DNA of 64,000 nucleotides from an uncultured Chloroflexia bacterium (GTDB taxonomy: Bacteria > Chloroflexota > Anaerolineae > JAAYZQ01), in the NCBI GenBank assembly GCA_963700285.1, contig CAVOXA010000014.1, positions 672,001-736,000 on the forward strand, read 5' to 3'. The translations under genes and the position numbers were made by a program. Shown piece after piece: positions 54,720 through 64,000 of the stretch. Within the stretch, counting starts at the first letter, position 1. Each line of letters starts with the position of its first letter. The notes below the pieces were generated by a model. It was not told the origin of the DNA and searched no databases. It saw nothing but the letters and a program-made list of their open reading frames with translations.

Positions 54720-55205
54720 CTAGTCGAGCCCATCTTGACCTTGATTGAGTTCGTCCAGCACAGCCAGGATCTCAGCATTCGGTGGAATGTCCGACATGGA
54801 GCCGCCATAGTGCACGTAACTTACCTGGCCCGACTTGTCAATGACCATCAGGGCCGGCATACGACCCCAACTCAGCAGCTTCACCTCCTGCCCATAGCGC
54901 TTTGCTACGGTGTGGGTCGGATCGGCCAGCCCTACGAAGGGTAGTTCCTCTTTTTGCCAGTAGTCCACAAAAGCCTTCTCGCTGTCAGGGCCTACGACTA
55001 CAACTTCAGCACCGCGCTCGACAAACTTCTGATAGTCTTGGCGCAACTGCGCCATGTGCCTACGGCAATACATTCACATGAACCCACGGGCGAACACCAG
55101 GACCACGTGCCTGTTCCTGTGATAGTCAGAGAGCGTCACGCTCCGGCCCCGCGTATCCTTCAGCGTAAAATCGGGCGGGGTAGTCTTCTCTCGAACTCTG
55201 GCCAT
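54720..55205 (-). CDS. Selenocysteine-containing AhpC/TSA peroxiredoxin-like redoxin (UxxC), 161 aa
   Basis: MARVREKTTPPDFTLKD...VVLVFARGFM-TGA(55074-55076)-MYCRRH in one frame; SD GGAGG; downstream hairpin. Confidence 0.85.
55039..55054 (-). promoter_or_regulatory. Putative bacterial SECIS hairpin
   Basis: TGGCGC-AGTT-GCGCCA; loop contains G and starts 25 nt after the UGA. Confidence 0.6.
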
Positions 55206-55279
55206 GTTCAGTTTCCTCCCAACTCGCTAGGATGCCAAGGGTGGCCACGTGCCCTAGGGGCCTTGGCGCTGCCAGCTTA

Positions 55280-56461
55280 TCACGGACTCGGTCGCGCCTC
55301 CAGCATCACTTCAACGGCCTGTTCCACTCCAGCGCGCACAATCCCCAGCGTCACGAGCTGTCCGACTTTCTTCTCAGCCAGGTAGGTAATCAGATCGTCC
55401 ATGTCCCGGATGGCTTGGCCATCGAGCCTTACGATGATGTCACCTCCTGTGGAAGGAGAGGCATCTTCGGACTCGAGCTGCTTGTCAGCGCCACGCAAAC
55501 CCGCCTTGGCGGCTGGACCATCCGTGACAATACCTCCCAGGATCACACCTCGGTCGACGGACAACTCCAGGGCTTCGGCCAGACGCGGCGTCACGGACTG
55601 ACCCGTGATCCCCAACCACGGGTCCGAGTACAATCCGCTCGTGATGAGTTCCGGCACAACTCGCTTCACAGTATTCACCGGGACGGCAAAGCCGATCCCT
55701 GCATTGCTCCCGCTGGATGAGTAGATGAGCGTGTTTACGCCAATAACCTGGCCTCGAGAGTCCAATAGCGGTCCACCGGAGCTGCCGGGGTTGATGGCCG
55801 CGTCAGTCTGTATGAGCTTGGGCAGCGAAAACCCGCTATCCTGGCGCACGACACGCCCAAGGGCACTGACGATGCCTGTGGTCATGGTCTGCTCAAAACC
55901 AAAGGGGTTCCCGACGGCGATGGCCCTCTGCCCAACACGAAGCGAAGACGAATCTCCCAGTTGAACCGGCTTCAGGAGCCCATCGGCTGCGGGCACCTTG
56001 AGCACCGCCAGGTCGCTATCTGCATCGGTCCCTACGATCTCTGCTTCCACGATCGTGTCATCGGAAAAACGAACCAGGATCTGCTCTGCGTTCTCCACCA
56101 CATGGTTGTTAGTCACAACATGTCCTTCGGAGTCGAGTACAAAACCTGAGCCGCTGCCGCCCCCCCGCTGTGTCCTGACGGCGATATTCACGACCGAGGC
56201 GCCCACTCTCTCATAGAGCTGAATGAGCAATTGCTCCTCAGCGGCCGCCAAGCTCAACAGATCCGCCTCCAGCGGAGAAAGCCGGTCCACAGCCGGCGCG
56301 GAGGATACTTTCAGTATCTCGGGAACTGACCCTCTGTCAGCGTCCGCCGTACGAACAAATCGGGATTGAGTCGCCTCAAGGCCTGCAACTATGTCCCCGC
56401 CGAAGAGGACCAATACCAGAAGGCCTAGGACCCAGATGAACAGCCTTTCTCTTGATATCAT
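55280..56461 (-). CDS. HtrA/DegP-type serine protease with PDZ domain
   Basis: [31 protein letters not shown]; N-terminal TM. Confidence 0.92.
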   Translation of the reverse strand: MISRERLFIWVLGLLVLVLFGGDIVAGLEATQSRFVRTADADRGSVPEILKVSSAPAVDRLSPLEADLLSLAAAEEQLLIQLYERVGASVVNIAVRTQRGGGSGSGFVLDSEGHVVTNNHVVENAEQILVRFSDDTIVEAEIVGTDADSDLAVLKVPAADGLLKPVQLGDSSSLRVGQRAIAVGNPFGFEQTMTTGIVSALGRVVRQDSGFSLPKLIQTDAAINPGSSGGPLLDSRGQVIGVNTLIYSSSGSNAGIGFAVPVNTVKRVVPELITSGLYSDPWLGITGQSVTPRLAEALELSVDRGVILGGIVTDGPAAKAGLRGADKQLESEDASPSTGGDIIVRLDGQAIRDMDDLITYLAEKKVGQLVTLGIVRAGVEQAVEVMLEARPSP

Positions 56462-56563
56462 GCTTCCTCCTATCGTTGCACCTGGAAAAGGTCTTTCGCC
56501 GTGGCTCAATCTGGGCGAGGGACCTTCTTGACCAGATGTGAATTGGTGATTCACCTAGGATTC

Positions 56564-56592
56564 ATGATATCATATTGCACAACTTTTGTCAA
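56564..56592 (-). promoter_or_regulatory. Sigma70 promoter of htrA-selenoprotein unit with 11-bp repeat
   Basis: TTGACA-17bp-TATCAT; TGTGCA 11 bp after TTGACA. Confidence 0.65.
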
Positions 56593-56672
56593 CTATTTGG
56601 CTGGATTTTTCTGTTAAGACTGCATAAGAACAGGCACTTCTCAGGTGACACATCATATCCGCTGGGAAGGCA

Positions 56673-57671
56673 TCAAGGCTGGCTGGTACCCTGGCGCCCT
56701 GCCTCCAGGAGCACCTCACGTCGCCGGCGGTAGGCGACAATAGGCTGGTCGGCCTGGATGAGTCGCTCTCCAATGCGCAAGCCGGAGGCCTGGGGTTGGT
56801 GGGTCACGACAATCCGCCGATCTTGGTGGGCAATGTAGCGGTTATAGGGCAGCGCAAGCCAGGCGATCAGATCGCGCAACAGAGGCAGGGTCACGAACCG
56901 CTGGCAGTAGCGCAGGTATAGGAGCGTGTGACTCTCATCGACAGGCACAAAGGCGCCGATGATACGCATATCGGACTGAATATAGTTCTGCCATAGATTG
57001 GGGAACAGGAACTCTAGCTTGTACTCACGGGCAGGATCAGGCACAGGTACCTGGCTTGGCCTTCGGGGTGACGTACCATCATCAACCCGGTTGTAGGCAT
57101 AGATATAGAACAGATCATCATCCATCCATTGTAGCCCGGGCCCATCGACCAGGGTACGATTGCCGCGACCGATCGTATTGTAGTGCAGGAACGGCACATG
57201 GGCAACGTCAAGCTGGTTCTCAATGACCCGGCTGTAGTGGGCGTCCCAGGGGTCATAGATAGTACGGTAGGTAAAGGTATCATCCATATCATCGAAGAAG
57301 CGGGGCGGTGGCAGCTCATCGGGTGGGCTCTGGCCCCACCAGACCCAGATGAAGCCATGGGCCTCGTGGGTCGGGTAGCTGTGAGCCCGAAACACCTTGG
57401 GCACAGACGCAACCCGCCCGTTGGCGGGGATAAGCGTGCATCGTCCTGAAGCATCGTACTCGAAGCCATGGAAAGGGCACTGCAGATGTCCCTCGATGAC
57501 CTGCCCCTCGCTGAGCGCCACGCCACGATGGGGACACCGGTTAAGCAAGCAACTGACCTGGCCTGCTGTATCCCGCCAAAAGACCATCTTCTCGCCCATG
57601 CGGGTGACTCCGACAGGTGTCTCTTTGACCTGTCTGGATTCCATCAGAACATACCATTGATTGGGGATCAT
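56673..57671 (-). CDS. Rieske non-heme iron oxygenase alpha subunit
   Basis: CPHRG...CPFHG; ENQLDVAHVPFLH; QDRR. Confidence 0.9.
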   Translation of the reverse strand: MIPNQWYVLMESRQVKETPVGVTRMGEKMVFWRDTAGQVSCLLNRCPHRGVALSEGQVIEGHLQCPFHGFEYDASGRCTLIPANGRVASVPKVFRAHSYPTHEAHGFIWVWWGQSPPDELPPPRFFDDMDDTFTYRTIYDPWDAHYSRVIENQLDVAHVPFLHYNTIGRGNRTLVDGPGLQWMDDDLFYIYAYNRVDDGTSPRRPSQVPVPDPAREYKLEFLFPNLWQNYIQSDMRIIGAFVPVDESHTLLYLRYCQRFVTLPLLRDLIAWLALPYNRYIAHQDRRIVVTHQPQASGLRIGERLIQADQPIVAYRRRREVLLEAGRQGTSQP

Positions 57672-57750
57672 TGCCTTCCTCCTTCGCGTCAAGAACCTCG
57701 CTAGACCAGCTCACGGAGGATATTCAATCCTGAACACTGCTTACTGGCCT

Positions 57751-58380
57751 TCACTTTTCCTGCACATATCCATAGTGGACAAAGTCATCCCGGCTCCGCC
57801 GGCCTTTGAGATAGGTTACAGCAACCACCAAGATGCCAAAGACCACGAACCCCCAATCTCTTTCCACCAAGTGAAGAACAATGGGGATGAACCAGAACCA
57901 CAGGCTCTTGAGCCGCACATTTACCCTAGCCAGGAGAAAACACAGGACAGTGATTGCCCCCAGTATCAGGAAGGAGGGCAAAGAGACCAGGGCAATGCTC
58001 CACATGAGCATGGTCGAGCCGCGCCCTCCCTGGCCGCGAAGGAAGACGGAGTAGTTTGTGCCCACATATGCGGCAAAGATAGCCAAGAGCTTGGCATCGT
58101 CCTGCCCTGAGAACAGAAACTCCGCAAGTCCCACGCAGACCAGAGCCTTGGAGACCTCGCCAAGCAGCGTAAGAACCACGACGAGCAGTCCGCCAGTGCG
58201 AAAGGCGTTGATGACGCCTACGTTGCCGGTCCCTTCCTGGGTGAGGCTTCGTCGCCTAAACAGATAGGTTGCCAAGTAGGCGAAAGGGATGGCACCGTAA
58301 GTATACGCGACGAGAGCCAACAAGGCCAGGCCCAAAGCTTGTACGGTACCAGTAGCTATCCAGATCTCAGTATCACCCAT
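57751..58380 (-). CDS. Glycerol-3-phosphate acyltransferase PlsY-like (divergent)
   Basis: YGAIPFAY, GTGNVGVIN, SVFLRGQGGRG. Confidence 0.7.
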   Translation of the reverse strand: MGDTEIWIATGTVQALGLALLALVAYTYGAIPFAYLATYLFRRRSLTQEGTGNVGVINAFRTGGLLVVVLTLLGEVSKALVCVGLAEFLFSGQDDAKLLAIFAAYVGTNYSVFLRGQGGRGSTMLMWSIALVSLPSFLILGAITVLCFLLARVNVRLKSLWFWFIPIVLHLVERDWGFVVFGILVVAVTYLKGRRSRDDFVHYGYVQEK

Positions 58381-58456
58381 AACCCACGCTGCAGCGCGCC
58401 ACTGCTTCTTTCCTCGAGGCTGAAAACCGCGTCAACGGACGCTTGTCAGAGGCTGC

Positions 58457-59328
58457 CTAGCCTTTCAGCCCAGTTACAGTGATGCCCTTGATGAACTGCT
58501 TCTGGGCCAGGAAAAAGACAATGACGACCGGCAGCATGGTCACCAGCGAGGCAGCCATCAGATAGGCCCAGCGCACGTCGTAGCTGCTGCGAAAGAAGCT
58601 GAGCCCCAGCGAGACCGTGTACTTGGACTGGTCGTGCAGGTAGATGAGCGGCGGCAGAAAGTCGTTCCAGGCCGCCTGAAAGGTGAAAGATCGGCCACCG
58701 TGGCCAGCGCGGGCCGGGAGATGGGCAGGATGACGTGCCAGAGGATCTGCAAGGTATTGGCACCGTCGACCCGGGCGGCGTCCTCCAGCTCCGGCGGCAG
58801 TGTCAGGAAGAACTGCCGCATCAAAAAGATGTAGAACGGGCTGCCGAAAAAGGCTGGCACGATCAGGGGCAGGAATGTGTTGACCCAGCCCACCGTCTTG
58901 AAGCCGATGTAGATGGGGATCATGGTCACCGGATAGGGCAGCATCATGGTCGCCAGCAGCACCACGAACAGCAGGTTCTTGCCCGGCGCCCGCAGCCGGG
59001 CAAAGGCATAGGCCACCACCGTGCAGGAAAGCACGTGGCCGACGATGATCATCACGGCAATGAACAGCGTGTTGAGGCTGTAGCGCCCAAAGGGCACGTA
59101 GGTCAGCGCCTCGGGATAGTTGGACCACGTGACTGGATCCGGCAGCCAGCGGGGCGGGAACTCCAGCACCTGGTAGTTGGGCTTGAGCGACGACGAGATC
59201 ATCCAGAAGAGGGGCAGCAGGAAAAGCAGGGCGACAAGGATGGCCAGCGCGTAACCTACGATGGTCCCCAGCCGCTGGCGCGCCTGTTGCCCAACGAGAA
59301 GCTCCCGGGTCTGTGCGGCAAACCTCAC
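58457..59328 (-). CDS. Carbohydrate ABC permease (one indel)
   Basis: ELEDAARVDGA, WNDFL, QKQFIKGI. Confidence 0.9.
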
Positions 59329-60270
59329 CGCCCCCCTCCCTCATAGTAGACCCAGCGGTCGGCGGAGCGCACGATCAACAAGGTCAGCACCAGGATGATC
59401 AGGAACAGAACCCAGGCCAGCGCCGAGGCATAGCCCATGTTGAAGTACTGGAAGGCCTGGCGGAAGAGGTAGAGCACGTAGAACAGGGTCGAATCGAGCG
59501 GCCCGCCGTCGGTGGCCACAAAGGCGCTGGTGAAGGTCTGGAAGGTGCTGATGATGCTCAGCACCAGGTTGAAAAAGATGGTGGGCGTCAGCATGGGCAG
59601 GGTGATCCTCCAGAACGACTGCCAGGTACCCGCCCCATCGATGGCGGCTGCCTCGTAGAGGTGCTGGGGAATGCCCTGCAGGCTGGCCAGGTAGATGACC
59701 ATGGTCCGACCCAGCCCCCACAGGCTCATCATCAGCAGGGCCGGCAGCGCCCACTCGGGATCGGCCAGCCAGCGCGGTCCCTGGATGCCCACGTAGGAGA
59801 GCAGCGTGTTGATCAGGCCCACGTCGGGATGCAGGATCCACATCCACAGCACGACAAAGGCCACACCGGGCAGTACGGAGGGCAGGTAGTAGATCGTGCG
59901 AAAAACGCCGACGAAACCGCAGCTTCTGGTTCATCAGCAGGGCCAGCACCAGCCCGCCGACCAGCTCCAGCGGCACATAGACCAAGGTGTAGATGGCCGT
60001 CACCTTGAGCGACTGCCAGAAGAGGGGATCGCGGGTGAACATCTTTTCATAGTTGTGCAACCCAACGAACTTGGCCGGGCTCAGCAGATCCCAGCGGGTG
60101 AAACTGATGAACAGCGAAGCGATCATCGGCCCCAGGACAAAGAGCAGAAGACCCAGCAGCCAGGGCGAGATCAGGAGATAGAAGGTCAGCGCCTCCCGTC
60201 GGGCCAGGCTAAGCCTCTGCCAACGGTGAGCGAGGCCGTGTCTGGGATGCAGTCGCGCATCTACTGCCAT
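59325..60270 (-). CDS. Carbohydrate ABC permease (one indel)
   Basis: LYEAAAIDGA, RITLPML, MGYASALAW. Confidence 0.9.
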
Positions 60271-60333
60271 GAGGCTACCTCGCTATTGATGGGGGGAGAG
60301 TCTGCCTCTCCCCCCTGAGGCCAAGACACGTAC

Positions 60334-61803
60334 CTATTCGGACAGCTTTTCATCCAGCGCCGCCTGCGCCTCCTGGGCCGCTTGCTGCATCACCTCGGCC
60401 ACATCGGCCTCCGGATCGATCAGCACGGTCTCCAGCGCCTTGCGCAGGGCCGGATCGGCCGTCTCGCCCCAGTAGGGCGTAAAGACGTAGGCCCGCGGCG
60501 CCAGATGATCCAGCTCGCTGATCCACACGCCCTCGATGGGATCCTCCGTCAGGCCTGCTTCCTCGGCAACCGAGGCGACCGGCGGGATGGCCCAGTCCTT
60601 CCACACCTCCGAACCCTCCTCGCCGGTGTAGAAACTCAGGAAGCGCCACGCTGCCTCGGGGTGCTTGGTGCCGCTAAAGATGCCAAATCCACCCCAGAAA
60701 AGGATGTTGGCCCGCTCCTCGCCGGCCGGCACACCCACCACGCCCAGATCGACGTTGGGGTTGTCCTTGTAACCCGCTTGCGGCCAGCGGCCAAAGAGGC
60801 GCATGGCGGCCTGGCCGTTGTCAAACTCGGCGTTGCCGCCAGCCCACAGCGAAAAGTCCGCGGGCGGCGGGGCGACCTTGTGCACGTTGTACAGGTCGGC
60901 AAAGAACTGCACAGCCTCGATGGTCTCCGGCGAGTCCATATAGCCGACGAACTGCGTGCCATCCTCGCTGATGAGCTGCCCCCCGCGGCGGCGATCCAGT
61001 ACTCAAAGCCCGTCGTCCAGTTGGCCGTCAGTTGGATGCCCCAGATGTCGGTCTTGCCGTCGCCGTCGGTGTCCAGGGTCAGGGCTTGGGCCTTCTCCAG
61101 CAGGTCGTCCCAGGTCCAGCCCTCCTGCGGGTACTCGACGCCATACTCGTCAAAGATCTTTTTGTTGTAGTAGACGCCCAGCGGCGTAAAGTCCTTGGGC
61201 AGCATCCACTGCTGGCCCTCCCACTGGCCCGGCTCCAGGACGCCGGGCAGGTAGATGCTCGTGTCCAGCGGATAGTCGCCGTCGATGAAGTCGTCCAGCG
61301 GAAGAAAGGCCCCCTTGTCGACGAACATGGGCACTGCATCGTCGCCGATCTGCATGATGTCCGGGGCATCACCGGCGGCGATCTGGGTCAGCAGCCGCGT
61401 GTAGTAGTCCCGGCCGGACACCGCCTCGAGCTGGACCAGGATGTCGGGGTTTTCCTCCTCGAACCTGGCAATGATCTCCTGGTGCGGGTTCAGTCCTTCG
61501 CCACTGTCGCCCGTGCCGACGCGCAGGATCATCTTGGCTCTCCTCGGATGGATCCCCTACGGGCTCGGGAGTGGCGGTGACGACCTTTTCCACCTCTACC
61601 ACCTTGGTCACTTCTTTCTCGACCACTTTGGGAGTGCCTTCGACAATGACCGTTTCTTGTACTGTCTCCATGACGACTTGGGTGACGACTTTTTCAACCT
61701 CGACAGTCTCTACAATGACCTCGGGCTCGGGCGCCGGGCCGCAGGCCGACAGCAATACGAGTACCACCAGCAAGACACTGACAAACAGTCTGGCTCTTTT
61801 CAT
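60334..61803 (-). CDS. Sugar ABC substrate-binding lipoprotein (indels)
   Basis: Lipobox LSAC, V/E/T-rich linker, AGDAPDI, YYNKKIFD, WTWDD. Confidence 0.88.
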
Positions 61804-61863
61804 TTCTCTTCTCTCCTAATCTTTTTTCGAAAGGTCATGGTTAGCGATGCATCAGATTTGGTT

Positions 61864-62319
61864 CTAGGTGTCTACCTCCTTTCGTCGCTGCTCCCCCAGC
61901 CTTCTGAGGATCAGATTGTACAGCAAGAAGAGTTCACTGCCGGCACATTCAACCCCGGCCGAACTGAGAGTTACCCAGATCTCTGTCTCGCCAATGCCCA
62001 AGTCTTTGCAGATGAGCCTGGCCTGATGCCACGTGGGTAACCAGACCAGCTTTTCCACCATGTTCTCCACCGTTCCAAGCCTTCTGAGAAAGTGCCCAAG
62101 ATTCAGGATGAAGTAGATCCGGTCTGGAAACGGAGAGGGCGCCGCGATGACCTCCCTTTCGTCCCACACGAAGCAGCCCACCTGCGGACGCCAGAGGAGC
62201 CCTGCCTCTTTGAGGCGTCTGGCCGCGAGGCGCAGATCTTGGCCGAATGGGATCGGTGCCAGATCGACGTCGCTGCGGAATGGCGTTGGTCTCATGTCAG
62301 ACTCCCAATCCTTGCTCAA
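61864..62319 (-). CDS. Hypothetical protein
   Basis: 151-aa ORF coupled (TTGA overlap) to upstream kinase. Confidence 0.55.
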   Translation of the reverse strand: MSKDWESDMRPTPFRSDVDLAPIPFGQDLRLAARRLKEAGLLWRPQVGCFVWDEREVIAAPSPFPDRIYFILNLGHFLRRLGTVENMVEKLVWLPTWHQARLICKDLGIGETEIWVTLSSAGVECAGSELFLLYNLILRRLGEQRRKEVDT

Positions 62320-63365
62320 GCACCAGCCGCCTCTCTGCGGCTCTTTTGAGCTAGGAGACAGGCTTTTGCCAGTGTCGACTCGTTTGCTACGGCCCAGTCA
62401 GCCAGTTTCAGGATCTCGGGCAATGCGCTCGGTGCGGCTTCACAACTGAGTAGTGACCCCAATGGCGGATCGAGAGCGGCACACAACCAGATGGTTCGGA
62501 TCAGATCAGGCAATGCCTGGATCTCTGACCACGCGAGAGGCACAACCTCCTGGTAAGCGGAAAGAAAGCTCATGACCTGCTCCATGTTCAGTACGCCGGT
62601 ATAGACAATGTGCTTCAAACCGAGCCCAGGATCGGTGCAGAAAGCAATAATTGCCTCAGCCACTTCCATGGCCCTCGAGGACCAGTGAGCCAGATCATAG
62701 TCGACCACACCGACAATCTGATTGCCCTGATAGATCAGATTCGCCCCGTGGTAGTCTCCGTGGATCACCAACTCTGGCAATTTCGGGAGCGTAAGATAGC
62801 GGTTCCGAAGGTCTTGAACGTGTTCCTTCAGATGCGATATCAGCACTTCGAGCTCGGACGGCATGGAACACGGCCAACACTTCAAGAGTTCTTTCAAGAT
62901 GCGAGCAAGCGCATCATATCCATAGCGTTCCTCAGCCCTGTGAAACGCCTGGTAATCAAATTTCTGGACAGCATTGTGATAGAAGCCCAGCATACGCGCA
63001 GAGGCGCTCAGCTGACACGGTCTTGCTCCGTCAAAAGGATCCCCGGGAACAAATACCTGCATTTCATAGACCTCCCCCGCATGCTCCAGGAAGGTGCTAT
63101 GGTGACAAGTAAGAACCAGGGCCGGGGCCGGGAACCCCACACTGCGTAGGTGCTGGACTAGGGCGTGTTGCGCTAGAAGCAGAGATGGCTGGCGCAGTCC
63201 GGCGTGCCGACGCTTGAGTATGTACTGACCCTTCTCGGTTTCAAGCAACCACTTGTCATTCACATAGCCCCGCTTGATAGGGGCATAGTAGCTATGCGTG
63301 CCCATGCCATACTGGGCCAAAACAACTCCGATATCCGACTCGGTGAGGGTTCCGTACATACTCAC
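62316..63365 (-). CDS. APH/homoserine kinase type II-like phosphotransferase
   Basis: RGYVND, ILKR, IHGDYHGANL, VVDYD. Confidence 0.85.
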   Translation of the reverse strand: MSMYGTLTESDIGVVLAQYGMGTHSYYAPIKRGYVNDKWLLETEKGQYILKRRHAGLRQPSLLLAQHALVQHLRSVGFPAPALVLTCHHSTFLEHAGEVYEMQVFVPGDPFDGARPCQLSASARMLGFYHNAVQKFDYQAFHRAEERYGYDALARILKELLKCWPCSMPSELEVLISHLKEHVQDLRNRYLTLPKLPELVIHGDYHGANLIYQGNQIVGVVDYDLAHWSSRAMEVAEAIIAFCTDPGLGLKHIVYTGVLNMEQVMSFLSAYQEVVPLAWSEIQALPDLIRTIWLCAALDPPLGSLLSCEAAPSALPEILKLADWAVANESTLAKACLLAQKSRREAAGA

Positions 63366-63367
63366 GT

Positions 63368-63508
63368 TTAGGTAGGGCCTTGTGGCGCTGGGCGCTCCAA
63401 CATCTTTTTGTAGATGTTCTTAAAGCGGGCAGGCCCATACAGCTCATAGAGACCGCGAGAACAGCCAGACTGACAAACGGGCACGAGCACAATATCCTGA
63501 TCGTCCAA
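63368..63508 (-). CDS. Possible 46-aa ORF upstream of kinase
   Basis: TTG start after AAAGGGTG; MDDQDIVLVPVCQSGCSRGLYELYGPARFKNIYKKMLERPAPQGPT; fills the promoter-to-kinase gap. Confidence 0.35.
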   Translation of the reverse strand: MDDQDIVLVPVCQSGCSRGLYELYGPARFKNIYKKMLERPAPQGPT

Positions 63509-63539
63509 TGACACCCTTTCTGCAAGCCCCAATAGATAA

Positions 63540-63567
63540 ATTATACTCTACGCCTATGCAATGTCAA
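63540..63567 (-). promoter_or_regulatory. Consensus sigma70 promoter
   Basis: TTGACA-16bp-TATAAT. Confidence 0.75.
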
Positions 63568-63769
63568 GCCACTGGAAAGAACCTCGGGCCTGGTACCGAT
63601 CGCCACTTCTTGGTGGCATCGGCCGGCCTCGGGAGAGAATCTAGGCGATGGGCATAAGGGGCCTTTCGGCTCGAGTCCCACCGCCGCTTCGGGTTCACAG
63701 ACGGCTGCCGTAAACTTTCAGAACCTGCATGCTGCCTAGATCGAATCCCATTCTCAAATTGCCCCCGCG

Positions 63770-63798
63770 TTGCTTTTCCAAAGGGTGTATGCTATCAT
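63770..63798 (+). promoter_or_regulatory. Sigma70 promoter with extended -10
   Basis: TTGCTT-17bp-(TGC)TATCAT. Confidence 0.55.
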
Positions 63799-63871
63799 CA
63801 AGAGGACATCTGATAAGGCAAGTAATTTCCAACCGGTACAGGCATGATCACCGAAAACGTGAGGTAGATGG

Positions 63872-64000
63872 ATGAGAGTAATGCTGATTCAGCCGCCCAT
63901 GTTCCATCTGCGGATGCAGCTTTCCCCGAACCTGGGGCTCGCCTACATTGCAGCCGTTCTGGAGCGGGACGGCTTCGAGGTGCAGGTCCTCGATGCGGCC
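63872..64000 (+). CDS. B12-binding radical SAM protein, N-terminus only
   Basis: MRVMLIQPP...PNLGLAYIAAVLERDGFEVQVLDA; SD GAGG. Confidence 0.75.
   Translation, partial: MRVMLIQPPMFHLRMQLSPNLGLAYIAAVLERDGFEVQVLDAA

Noticed and set aside
61560-61720. Repetitive VETVEVEKVVT coding tract
   Set aside because: Ordinary low-complexity linker of a substrate-binding lipoprotein
63365-63535. Riboswitch in the long leader of the kinase gene
   Set aside because: No match to riboswitch consensus sequences I can recognise; an open 46-codon frame explains it equally well

Overview
GC-rich window, almost all minus-strand, inferred to come from a Chloroflexota (Anaerolineae-like) genome. The clues are a secreted protein ending in YLPLVMR, a Val/Glu/Thr-rich lipoprotein linker and LPXTG-anchored DUF4397 proteins. 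Many genes are split by 1-2 nt indels typical of uncorrected long reads, so most frameshifts cannot be called pseudogenes. Contents, left to right: (1) 1-10.5 kb, Na+/pH homeostasis cluster (peroxiredoxin, DsbA-NhaA fusion, mrpA(B)CDEFG, SLC13 permease, USP); (2) 10.5-20 kb, ldh, canonical CPD photolyase, GNAT, tocopherol-cyclase family, then CFA-like methyltransferase, PEP-utilising enzyme and PNPOx-like genes; (3) a diverged segmental duplication (copy A ~20.0-28.6 kb, decaying; copy B ~37.7-54.6 kb, fuller) carrying DUF3159, fabF, SDR, a photolyase paralog, conserved small ORFs, a dead bacterioferritin, DUF4397-LPXTG and IorAB-like genes; (4) between the copies, three ybgA 3' remnants interleaved with a RelE/Phd TA pair and a ~1450-aa secreted metalloprotease-like protein; (5) a UxxC selenoprotein missed by the ORF track, HtrA, Rieske oxygenase, PlsY, sugar ABC transporter, kinase and the start of a B12 radical SAM gene. 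Best candidate for an undescribed system: an intact photolyase paralog that keeps the FAD and Trp-triad residues but has lost the CPD-binding pocket (cryptochrome-like). It sits in a micro-protein/ABC/lipocalin/pterin/SDR operon whose -35 box lies within CarH/LitR-like 11-bp repeats.
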